Of a DNA stretch of 54,964 nt, positions 39,990 through 48,469 are shown piece by piece. A program made the translations under genes and the position numbers. The stretch is taken from contig CALHZJ010000114.1 in the NCBI GenBank assembly GCA_938041005.1, positions 1-54,964 of the forward strand, written 5' to 3'. The stretch is from an uncultured Candidatus Saccharibacteria bacterium (lineage in GTDB: Bacteria > Patescibacteriota > Saccharimonadia > Saccharimonadales > Saccharimonadaceae). Below the pieces are notes generated by a model that was not told where the DNA came from, made no database searches, and saw nothing but the letters and a program-made list of their open reading frames with translations. Numbering within the stretch: the first letter of the stretch is position 1; each line of letters begins with the position of its first letter.

Positions 39990-40714
39990 TATTTCTTCTC
40001 CTGTTTTTTCGAGTTACTCTTAAACAAGCTATCCGGGATTCCCTGACGTGAATCTGTCACATCAACCTTACCAGTCGGCGTCAATACGGAAACTGTGCCG
40101 TTATTTGCAGGTGCTAATAATTCTTCCGCATATTCAAACGAGAACGAGAATTGCAACACTTTTTTACCTTCTGAGTTCTCTCCAAAACTAGTATCGCCAT
40201 CTTTTATCTCCTTAGTTAGACTAACCTCGGAACTTTTATCGCCGTCAGTAGTCTGGATCTTCGTATTCAAGATGGTTTTCTTTAAGGTCTCTAACGCACT
40301 ATAGCCATTAACCGCGCTACCCTCCAGAGTAATAGTTTTTGACCCAGGATTGACTTTTATATCCGAAAAACTAACATTATTTGGTGCAACTGGATTAACC
40401 GCCGTTACAACATCAAAGATCCTTGAATTGAGCTTCTTTCCAGAATGCTGCTCATTGATCTTTGTTAATTGATGTTGAATCGTTACAACCTTATTAAGAT
40501 CCTCGACCGCCATCAATTTATCGTTCCTATCTTTAATAACTCCGTTCTGGACCGCCTCGGCTGCAATTTGGCTACCCAAAATCAACGCCAAAACAACTAC
40601 TGCCGCAATCGAAGCACCGCCCACCAAGAACGATATCGAAATAACCCGATTGCGCATAGCCCGAGTCTTCAATAACTCGCGCTTAACGTTTGGGAGAAGA
40701 TTTATCTCAATCAT
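39989..40714 (-). CDS. PilN-like alignment protein
   Basis: N-terminal INLLP motif followed by a TM. Confidence 0.85.
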   Translation of the reverse strand: MIEINLLPNVKRELLKTRAMRNRVISISFLVGGASIAAVVVLALILGSQIAAEAVQNGVIKDRNDKLMAVEDLNKVVTIQHQLTKINEQHSGKKLNSRIFDVVTAVNPVAPNNVSFSDIKVNPGSKTITLEGSAVNGYSALETLKKTILNTKIQTTDGDKSSEVSLTKEIKDGDTSFGENSEGKKVLQFSFSFEYAEELLAPANNGTVSVLTPTGKVDVTDSRQGIPDSLFKSNSKKQEKK

Positions 40715-41757
40715 GATATATTACTCCTTTGTGCCAACCCTACGGCAATAGCGAATTCTGAAGCAATCGGCGCCAATTGCTGTTGATCTGACTGAGAAAC
40801 TTGAACACGCTGCCACGGATCTGCGGTAATTGACTGAACTCCGGTTTTATTCATCACATATCCATCAAGCTGCGGAATAGCTGAACCAAACCCTGATAAC
40901 AAAATTCCAGAAACCGCTACGCTTGGATATCGAGTTTGGAAAAACTTTATAGATTTCACCAGCTCTGAAGAAAAATTATCGAGAGTTGAATCAATCGCCC
41001 TTAGTACTTGACCATCCAATTTATCCGGCGCCAAACCAAATTTCAAAATAAATTGACGAGCTTGATCTTCCTGGACGCTAAGATTCTGAACCGCCGATCG
41101 AACCAAAGACGAAAGTCCAGTTGGAATCATACGAATAAGTCGCGGCGCCCCGTTATAAACGACCGCCAAATCCGTTGAATTTTCGCCCATATTAATAATC
41201 AAACGCGCATCCTGAGAATCGGTTGCTGACAGAGAACGAACCATAGCAATAGCGTTCGGCTCCTCAGCAATTACATTGAAACCAAGATTTTCAACAAGCT
41301 CCAAACGCTCTTCCGCGTAAGACTTCGCTGTACTTGTCAGTAAAATCTCATACTGATTCTGTGCGCGCAAACTATCACCCAATAAAGCCCAGTCAACTTC
41401 TGCCTCATCCAAAGACATTGGAATATATTGATCAATTTGATACTTCATCATCGCCTTTAGTTCTTGCTCAGGAACTTTCGGCACGTCAATAATAGTAGAA
41501 AACGTTTTATTTGACGGCAAGCCGACAGCTACATTGGACGTCTTAATTCCGGCTTGACCAACGGCGGTCATAATAGCCTCACCCAAGCGTCGCTTAGACT
41601 CTGGAGAATCGCCGCTCGTTATCTTAGAATCAACTGGCGTATAACCGTAATGCGACAAACTCCATCCCGTGCCAGTACGAGACAATTGAACCACCCGCAC
41701 CGCATTCGTATCGATGTCCAGTCCGAAGAATTCGCCCAACCCTTTTGCTAATTTCAT
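40711..41757 (-). CDS. pilM: Type IV pilus assembly protein PilM
   Basis: Actin-like fold GLDI..., QYIPM, C-terminal AIAVGLA. Confidence 0.92.
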   Translation of the reverse strand: MKLAKGLGEFFGLDIDTNAVRVVQLSRTGTGWSLSHYGYTPVDSKITSGDSPESKRRLGEAIMTAVGQAGIKTSNVAVGLPSNKTFSTIIDVPKVPEQELKAMMKYQIDQYIPMSLDEAEVDWALLGDSLRAQNQYEILLTSTAKSYAEERLELVENLGFNVIAEEPNAIAMVRSLSATDSQDARLIINMGENSTDLAVVYNGAPRLIRMIPTGLSSLVRSAVQNLSVQEDQARQFILKFGLAPDKLDGQVLRAIDSTLDNFSSELVKSIKFFQTRYPSVAVSGILLSGFGSAIPQLDGYVMNKTGVQSITADPWQRVQVSQSDQQQLAPIASEFAIAVGLAQRSNIS

Positions 41758-41801
41758 AACTAATAATAATTATATACATTAGCGTTTTAATTTGCAAACT
41801 T

Positions 41802-44009
41802 TTAATATCTTGGTGGCAGTTCACGAACATTCATCGTGCTAATCGCACCAGTGTTTTGATAATTATTGTAAGCCCAAATGTAAGTATCTGCCCTCAAGTT
41901 GATGATTTCTGCTGGAGTTCCAGGGTGCATATTCGGATCATTCTTTGCAGATGAAGCATGCTTTCCACCGTATGTTCGCCGCAAGAACAAGCGTCCAGTT
42001 TTAATTGGTCCGTTAACCTTCAGTTGCTTCTTACCGCAAGAAGATTCAGAAACTCCACTTAGCCAATCTCCGAAGCTAATTACCACGCCACAAGTACTAA
42101 CATATCCGTCTTTCTGAGTAATCAACCAAGCATTCACTTCCCCAACCGAAGGCTCTATAATAATATCCTTCGCGTAGATAATTAGTTGTGGCAATTGGCG
42201 CACATCATTCGTGTCTGTGTATAGCAAATCACCCGAAATCCTAACTACACCCGAGGACTTTATGACTATACTCTTGCCTACGCTTAATTTTGACCCCGTT
42301 AAGGTTACGTTTCCAGCGTTATATTCACCCGAAGCTAGACTATTCACATCTACATTGCCAGAGATATTACCTCTCGTCCCACCAACCGACGGTAAAGTAA
42401 AATTATCTGGAACTGAACTAGTGCTACTGAAATTACCAAACTTTGGAGTATTAGCGAAAGTCAATTTGTTGTAATCGCGTGGATTTACACCCGAGCGACC
42501 ATTAAATGATGATGACAATCCAGCCCCTGAAGCTGATTCAGCATTACCATTGGCAATAATTCCATATTCACTCCAAGAACCGTACACATTCTGATTTGCA
42601 CTTGAAGTCTTATTCGTAATAACATCCTTATCTGTCTTAATGTCGCCACCCCACACCTGAACTTTAGGGGTTTTACCAACAGTTACACACTGAGCTTGGC
42701 TAGTTTTGAATGTATGATGATTAGCGTTTTGATTATAAGCGCTAACCATAGCAACGTAACAAATCTTGTCACCAAATTGCAAATTTGAAGACGATACATC
42801 ATCAGTGTGACTGTTAAGCATCGTCACCGATTGATTCAACTGCAACTCACCTGTATGTTTGGTTTTTACAAGGTCACCCTGACAATCAACAGCTCCGTTG
42901 ATATTTTTTATGGCTTCACAAGGCCAGTTGTCACTCCAAGTAACAATACCCTCCCTGGCTGGCAAAACCAGATTTTGTCCTTTTGGGACTTTATATTTTA
43001 CAACAGTATAGTACTTGTCATTATTCTTGGTTTTTGTGGTTGACCCGTCATGACCAAAACTAGCATTTATACCAGCAACCTTATTCTCGCCAACATCGAT
43101 AGTTTTTTGACTAACACTTAGAGTTGGGGTGAGGTTGTAATGTTCAATTATCTCAACTGATATACTATAATCTATGCCAACTGCTGGACAATTATCTATT
43201 TGCCATGCATCCTGTGCATATTGGGTTGTGCTAAGGCAATAAGAGTTTCCATACGCCGGGTAAGCGTGATTATATCCGTTAATCTGACGATAAAGTCCAT
43301 TAACTCTCACGGTACCACTATTTTTTATACCACCCGGAACAATCACATCAAAATACACTGGATTAGAAAACCAATATCTAGTATATGGATTTTTCATTGA
43401 CAATACAGTTTTACCATTCAGATCATCACTAGAAGCCAAAGATACGTTAGTAAAATCATTACTACTGACTTTCATATTATATAATTTTCTATAATCATAA
43501 GTCATAGCTGGATACATACACCCTGCTCTATCGTTTGGAGGTCTATCGTTGCCATGACTAGGGTCAAGAACCCATCTTTGATCATCTACGTAAATCTGAT
43601 ACCCACCCAGCCACACTGCTTCACACACTGAATTATATTGTGGCTGAACCATAGTTCCGCACAAAAATACAATCATATTGAGTCGTAAGCGTATTCTTGT
43701 GTCTCCATAATTAACTTTAATCGGGCTGATAGAGTTACCTCGAGATTCAGACGAAATCCACGTAACAGTCTGATACGCTGCACCATGATTTATAGCGGCT
43801 CTTAGATTCGAAAAATTCCCAGAGTTAATGTTATTTGATAAGGCTGACCTACACGCATCATCCCAACTAACCGCAGAACTTATACCACTGGGTAAATTGT
43901 CATTTAAGTAGCTATCCGAATATGCACTTGCAGATAATGAACCAATAAACGAAATTATAAATACGACTACCCCTATTGCTATAACTCTTTTGAAATTTGC
44001 ATATAACAT
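41802..44009 (-). CDS. Large secreted protein, candidate pilus-associated adhesin
   Basis: Signal peptide, Cys/Asn/Tyr-rich N-terminal half, beta-rich C-terminus ending ELPPRY; GAGGT SD before ATG 44009. Confidence 0.65.
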   Translation of the reverse strand: MLYANFKRVIAIGVVVFIISFIGSLSASAYSDSYLNDNLPSGISSAVSWDDACRSALSNNINSGNFSNLRAAINHGAAYQTVTWISSESRGNSISPIKVNYGDTRIRLRLNMIVFLCGTMVQPQYNSVCEAVWLGGYQIYVDDQRWVLDPSHGNDRPPNDRAGCMYPAMTYDYRKLYNMKVSSNDFTNVSLASSDDLNGKTVLSMKNPYTRYWFSNPVYFDVIVPGGIKNSGTVRVNGLYRQINGYNHAYPAYGNSYCLSTTQYAQDAWQIDNCPAVGIDYSISVEIIEHYNLTPTLSVSQKTIDVGENKVAGINASFGHDGSTTKTKNNDKYYTVVKYKVPKGQNLVLPAREGIVTWSDNWPCEAIKNINGAVDCQGDLVKTKHTGELQLNQSVTMLNSHTDDVSSSNLQFGDKICYVAMVSAYNQNANHHTFKTSQAQCVTVGKTPKVQVWGGDIKTDKDVITNKTSSANQNVYGSWSEYGIIANGNAESASGAGLSSSFNGRSGVNPRDYNKLTFANTPKFGNFSSTSSVPDNFTLPSVGGTRGNISGNVDVNSLASGEYNAGNVTLTGSKLSVGKSIVIKSSGVVRISGDLLYTDTNDVRQLPQLIIYAKDIIIEPSVGEVNAWLITQKDGYVSTCGVVISFGDWLSGVSESSCGKKQLKVNGPIKTGRLFLRRTYGGKHASSAKNDPNMHPGTPAEIINLRADTYIWAYNNYQNTGAISTMNVRELPPRY

Positions 44010-44011
44010 AT

Positions 44012-44557
44012 TCAATTTACCTCACTTGGAGCAATAATGGGCCTGTTATTAATCGAATTATAATTAATTTTGACTGACGCTAACCATTTGCGTAAAATTG
44101 CCGGTGGTTTAGCTGAGGGAGAGAACTTGTCACTATACTTGACACCAGACTTAATTAACAACTCAATTTCATTTATATACTTCTCTGCATTTTTAGAATC
44201 ATTTAATTGTAAATAGTAATTTACCAATATATAATCACAGTTAATGTCAAGGTTAAAGCTGTCTTTTTTTAATATATTTTGTGTTATACCGTGTAGACTA
44301 TTAATATCACCCGAATTAATAATTGATGAAGCGGATGTAATTACTGAGTTATCACATACAATACGAGGCGAGCGAGAAACTTTGTTTGAATCTATCACAG
44401 AACCAACATCGTGGCTTGGAGTCCTTAATTTAGAATAAAAGAATACACTAAAAACAGATACTGACATTAAAACCAAGAAAAGACCCACAAATAACAAACC
44501 TATACGTTTATTATTTGTTAACCACACCCTAAGTCGTTTAAGAGACAATCTCTCCAT
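44012..44557 (-). CDS. Single-TM hypothetical protein (AT-rich)
   Basis: 181-aa ORF abutting the downstream gene; TAGAAT 7 nt before ATG. Confidence 0.7.
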   Translation of the reverse strand: MERLSLKRLRVWLTNNKRIGLLFVGLFLVLMSVSVFSVFFYSKLRTPSHDVGSVIDSNKVSRSPRIVCDNSVITSASSIINSGDINSLHGITQNILKKDSFNLDINCDYILVNYYLQLNDSKNAEKYINEIELLIKSGVKYSDKFSPSAKPPAILRKWLASVKINYNSINNRPIIAPSEVN

Positions 44558-44595
44558 ACTGCTTATTCTAATCCATTTTTACTTTTTTTTCAAAT

Positions 44596-44627
44596 AAAAA
44601 CACTGCTCTGGGGACGAGCAGTGTTTG
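44596..44627 (-). terminator. Intrinsic terminator after the arcC relic
   Basis: AAACACTGCTC-7 nt-GAGCAGTGTTT hairpin with a T-run on the minus strand. Confidence 0.7.
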
Positions 44628-44642
44628 AATCTTTACATTCTA

Positions 44643-44816
44643 TTAATTTTTGATAATAGTACCAGCAGTGCCGTTGATAGCGTCAGCAGTTTTTTCTAAT
44701 GAGGTTATAATTGCCGTACGATTTGCCCCTCCCGCAAGAAACTGCAAGGTGGCTTGAGTTTTTGGTAACATTGAACCAGCAGCAAACTGACCATCGTCTG
44801 CTGCAAGATATTTCTT
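44643..44816 (-). pseudogene. arcC: Carbamate kinase C-terminal fragment
   Basis: Manual translation KKYLAADDGQFAAGSMLPKTQATLQFLAGGANRTAIITSLEKTADAINGTAGTIIKN*, with an in-frame TAG immediately upstream. Confidence 0.82.
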
Positions 44817-44881
44817 CTATTTCATAATACTTATGACAACCCAATAAACTATAATCCACAAGTGTTTGATATAATAAAGTT

Positions 44882-45961
44882 ATGAGTTTATCTATTGGAA
44901 TTGTTGGTTTGCCGAATGTCGGCAAGTCGACACTTTTTAACGCTTTAACAAATAATGACATTTTGGCGGCTAATTATCCGTTTGCGACAATTGAGCCGAA
45001 CACAGGAATTGTTCCCGTACTAGATAATCGCCTGCAAATTTTAGCCGATCTTTATCGCGCGCAAAAAATTATTCCAGCCACCGTCACTTTCGTCGATATC
45101 GCTGGGCTGGTTGCTGGCGCGTCTAAGGGTGAAGGTCTGGGCAATAAATTTCTACACAATATCAGAGAGTGTGACGCGATTGTTCACGTTGTCCGTGCGT
45201 TTGAGAATTCAAAGATTCTGCGCCATGATGAAGCGCCAATTGACCCAAAAAAGGATATTGATATTATCAATACTGAGCTGATTCTGGCCGATCTACAAAC
45301 TCTTGAAAAACGCCTGCCTCAGCTTCAAAAAGAAGCTAAAGCAAACCCAAAAGCTCGCCAAAAAGTTGAATATCTACAATCTTTAATCGACAATTTACAA
45401 AAAGGTGTACCAATTTCCGCTCTGTCAGATGTGGATTTTGAGGCAATTTCCGACCTACACCTTCTTACCGCCAAACCCGTCATTTACGCGTTTAATGTCG
45501 ACGAAGAAGGATTAAACAATTCCGATCTACATAGTCAATTGACCGAACTCGTAAGTCCCGCAAAAACCGTCTTTGTCTGCGCAAAACTGGAAGAAGAATT
45601 GAAGGGCTTATCTGAAAATGACGCCAAAGAGTTATTAGAAAGCTACGGCGTCAAGGAAACTGGACTCGCCAAACTTATTCACGCAGCCTACGATACGCTC
45701 GGACTACAAAGCTACTTAACTGCGGGCGAAAAAGAAGTCCGAGCTTGGACAATTCACAAAGGCTGGACTGCACCGCAAGCCGCGGGCGTTATTCACTCGG
45801 ATTTTGAGCGCGGATTTATTGCCGCACAGATTGTTGATTTTGATGATTTAGTCACTGCAGGGTCTGAGGTTAAGGCTCGTGAAAACGGCAAAATTCGCAC
45901 TGAAGGAAAAACTTACGTCATGCAACCGAATGACGTTGTTGAGTTTCGGTTTAACGTTTAG
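44882..45961 (+). CDS. ychF: Obg-family ATPase YchF
   Basis: [42 protein letters not shown]. Confidence 0.97.
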   Translation: MSLSIGIVGLPNVGKSTLFNALTNNDILAANYPFATIEPNTGIVPVLDNRLQILADLYRAQKIIPATVTFVDIAGLVAGASKGEGLGNKFLHNIRECDAIVHVVRAFENSKILRHDEAPIDPKKDIDIINTELILADLQTLEKRLPQLQKEAKANPKARQKVEYLQSLIDNLQKGVPISALSDVDFEAISDLHLLTAKPVIYAFNVDEEGLNNSDLHSQLTELVSPAKTVFVCAKLEEELKGLSENDAKELLESYGVKETGLAKLIHAAYDTLGLQSYLTAGEKEVRAWTIHKGWTAPQAAGVIHSDFERGFIAAQIVDFDDLVTAGSEVKARENGKIRTEGKTYVMQPNDVVEFRFNV

Positions 45962-46673
45962 TTAATTTCAATTTGTAAAATCGCTCAAGATTACCCTTAC
46001 TACCAGCTACTTCACTATCTTTTTTATCTAAGATAACAAAATACTTTTTCGCCCAATCTTCAAAGTCGGACAAAATCTGTCGACGAACTTTATCGTTTTT
46101 AATAATTCCCTTATTAACCTGATGCCGCCCCGCTTCGAATTGAGGCTTCACCATAGCAACCAATATCGTATTTGTATTCATCAAATTTTCAGCCACATGC
46201 GGCAAAATTTCCCTCAGAGATATAAACGACACATCGCCCACAATAATATCAATTGCTTCATCTGTATAAAAATCACGAATATCGGTCTTTTCGTGAAGAA
46301 CAATTTTTGGGTTCGGTCTCAAACTTGGATGGAGCTGGTCAGTTCCAACATCAACAGCAAATACTTTTTTGGCGCCATGACGCAGCGAATAGTCAGTAAA
46401 TCCGCCCGTACTCGAGCCAATGTCCAGAACAGTTTTATCCTGAAAATTAAGATGAAAATACTCCGCTACGCTTGCCAGTTTTAAGCCGGCTCGCGAAACG
46501 TAAGTTTCCTTCTTCTCGAGCTTTATTTCGTCCGAATCAGATACCATAGTCCCTGATTTCTGGACAATTTTCTTATTCAAAAAAACATAGCCCAGGCGAA
46601 TAAAATTATCCGCCTGAGACCTTGTTGTCACCAAACCGCGCTCGACCAGAGCTTTATCTAATCGCTGTTTCAT
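45951..46673 (-). CDS. tlyA: TlyA-family RNA methyltransferase
   Basis: S4 domain, YVSRAGLKL, LDIGSSTGGFTD, DVSFISL, KPQFE. Confidence 0.95.
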   Translation of the reverse strand: MKQRLDKALVERGLVTTRSQADNFIRLGYVFLNKKIVQKSGTMVSDSDEIKLEKKETYVSRAGLKLASVAEYFHLNFQDKTVLDIGSSTGGFTDYSLRHGAKKVFAVDVGTDQLHPSLRPNPKIVLHEKTDIRDFYTDEAIDIIVGDVSFISLREILPHVAENLMNTNTILVAMVKPQFEAGRHQVNKGIIKNDKVRRQILSDFEDWAKKYFVILDKKDSEVAGSKGNLERFYKLKLTKR

Positions 46674-46682
46674 TAAATAGAA

Positions 46683-47243
46683 CTATTTCTTTCGCTCGCG
46701 ATATTCACCAGTCGATGTGTCAACGCTAATGATGTCGCCCTGCTTGATAAATGCTGGAACTTTGACAACTAGCCCTGTCTCCAAAGTAGCGTCTTTTAGC
46801 ACAGATGAAGTCGTATCGCCCTTAACCACATCTTCCGTGTAGGTAACTTCCAGATATTTATTCTTTGGTAGTTCAACGTTAATCACTCGACCGTCGAAGA
46901 ATTGAAGGCTTAATTCGTCGCCTTCTTTCAGGTATTTACTGGCGTCATCCACGATTTCCGCAGCCAGCTCAAATTGCTCAAAGCTAGTCGGATCCATGAA
47001 ATAGAACTTGTCGCCGTCGTTATACAAATATTGCGCAGTTTTATTATTTACTTCCGCAGCTTCGATTCGCTCTTGACCCTTGAAAGTCTTTGGAATAACA
47101 CTTCCGTCAATTAGGTTTTTCAATTTCACGTTAACAATCGAACCGCCACGACCCATAACTTTTTGGCCGTATTCTACGACGCGATATGGCTTGCCGTCAA
47201 TTTGACAAACTACGCCTTTTTTCAAATCAGTTGGCTGATACAT
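46683..47243 (-). CDS. efp: Elongation factor P
   Basis: QYLYNDG, VKGDT, ATLETG, VPAFI, TGEYRER. Confidence 0.96.
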   Translation of the reverse strand: MYQPTDLKKGVVCQIDGKPYRVVEYGQKVMGRGGSIVNVKLKNLIDGSVIPKTFKGQERIEAAEVNNKTAQYLYNDGDKFYFMDPTSFEQFELAAEIVDDASKYLKEGDELSLQFFDGRVINVELPKNKYLEVTYTEDVVKGDTTSSVLKDATLETGLVVKVPAFIKQGDIISVDTSTGEYRERKK

Positions 47244-47316
47244 ATTTTCTCCTTTCCAATAAAATATCTCGCTGCCAAATATGTAATAGCAACGAGATAT
47301 TGCGCATTAAACGTTC

Positions 47317-47514
47317 CTAGTTGCTGCTAACAAATGGCAACAAAGCCAAGTGGCGAGCACGCTTAATTGCTACTGCCAAGCTTCGCTGTTGCTTTTCGCT
47401 CAAACCAGTCTTGCTGATTGGCTCGATTTGACCGTAAACATTGATGTAACGTTGCAAAGTTTTTACATCTTTATAGTCAAAAATAATCGGTGGATTTTTC
47501 TTCAATTGTGCCAT
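47317..47514 (-). CDS. rpsR: 30S ribosomal protein S18
   Basis: [18 protein letters not shown]. Confidence 0.96.
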   Translation of the reverse strand: MAQLKKNPPIIFDYKDVKTLQRYINVYGQIEPISKTGLSEKQQRSLAVAIKRARHLALLPFVSSN

Positions 47515-47527
47515 TTTAATCTCCTTA

Positions 47528-47950
47528 TTAGAATGGAATTTCGCTTAGGTCAATTGGCTTATCGTCAATTTCCGTTACGACTTCCTCTTTTTTAGTAGTC
47601 TTTGGTGCTGCAGAACCTGAATTGTCGCCGCTTGGACCGTCTAAGAACGTTACATCTGAAGCAGTGACTTCAATTCGACTCTGTCTTTTACCAGTATCCT
47701 TATCTTCCCAGCTATCCTGTCGCAGTCGTCCTTGGATCAAAACCCGACGACCTTTGCTTAGATATTGCATTACCAAATCACCAAGTTTATCCCAGGCTGT
47801 GATATTGAAAAAGTCAGCCTGATCGTCTTGAGATTGTCGATCAACAGCAATACTGAAACTAACTACATTCTTGCCAGAAGCAGTTGTTCGCTGTTCTGGA
47901 TCGCGTGTCAATCTACCCAACAAAATCACTTGATTGATACTTCGTGCCAT
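47528..47950 (-). CDS. ssb: Single-stranded DNA-binding protein
   Basis: [15 protein letters not shown]-terminal EIPF. Confidence 0.97.
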   Translation of the reverse strand: MARSINQVILLGRLTRDPEQRTTASGKNVVSFSIAVDRQSQDDQADFFNITAWDKLGDLVMQYLSKGRRVLIQGRLRQDSWEDKDTGKRQSRIEVTASDVTFLDGPSGDNSGSAAPKTTKKEEVVTEIDDKPIDLSEIPF

Positions 47951-47985
47951 ATTCTATCCCCTCTTTTACCTTACGGCAGTTAGGC

Positions 47986-48339
47986 TTATTTACTTGATTC
48001 GCTTGAATCAGATTCTTCGTTGCGTGCTTTTTGCTCGCTTAATGCTTGACGAGTTTTTTCATCAGTTTTTACCAATAGGTAACGCAAAACTTCATCGGTA
48101 ATATTAAGTGTGTTTGAAATCTTCAATAAAGCTGGTGCTGGCAATTTAACCTCAAAGCAAACGTAAACTGCAAAATCTTCACGCTTGATTGTGTAGGCCA
48201 ATTTTTTCTTGCCCCAGTTATCTTCTTTGGTAATTTCACCACCGTTAGTAGTGATTAAACCACGTACCTTATCCAACGCTGAATCTAGATTAGCCTCTAA
48301 ATCCGGGTGAATAAGAACAGTTAGTTCGTATTCGTTCAT
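47986..48339 (-). CDS. rpsF: 30S ribosomal protein S6
   Basis: YELTVLIHP, WGKKKLAYTI; GAGGAGG SD before ATG 48339. Confidence 0.96.
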   Translation of the reverse strand: MNEYELTVLIHPDLEANLDSALDKVRGLITTNGGEITKEDNWGKKKLAYTIKREDFAVYVCFEVKLPAPALLKISNTLNITDEVLRYLLVKTDEKTRQALSEQKARNEESDSSESSK

Positions 48340-48469
48340 GTTTCCTCCTCTGGAATCCATTTACGGATGCTTACGCTGTCTCACGTAAGCTTAGGTTAAT
48401 ATTCAATTGCTATTATATCACTAAACAGCCAATATTGCCAATCTCACCACTGATAAATCGTAGCAATTG

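Noticed and set aside
44683..44961. 92-aa minus-strand ORF
   Set aside because: It overlaps the ychF start antisense and is out of frame with the arcC-like coding signal.
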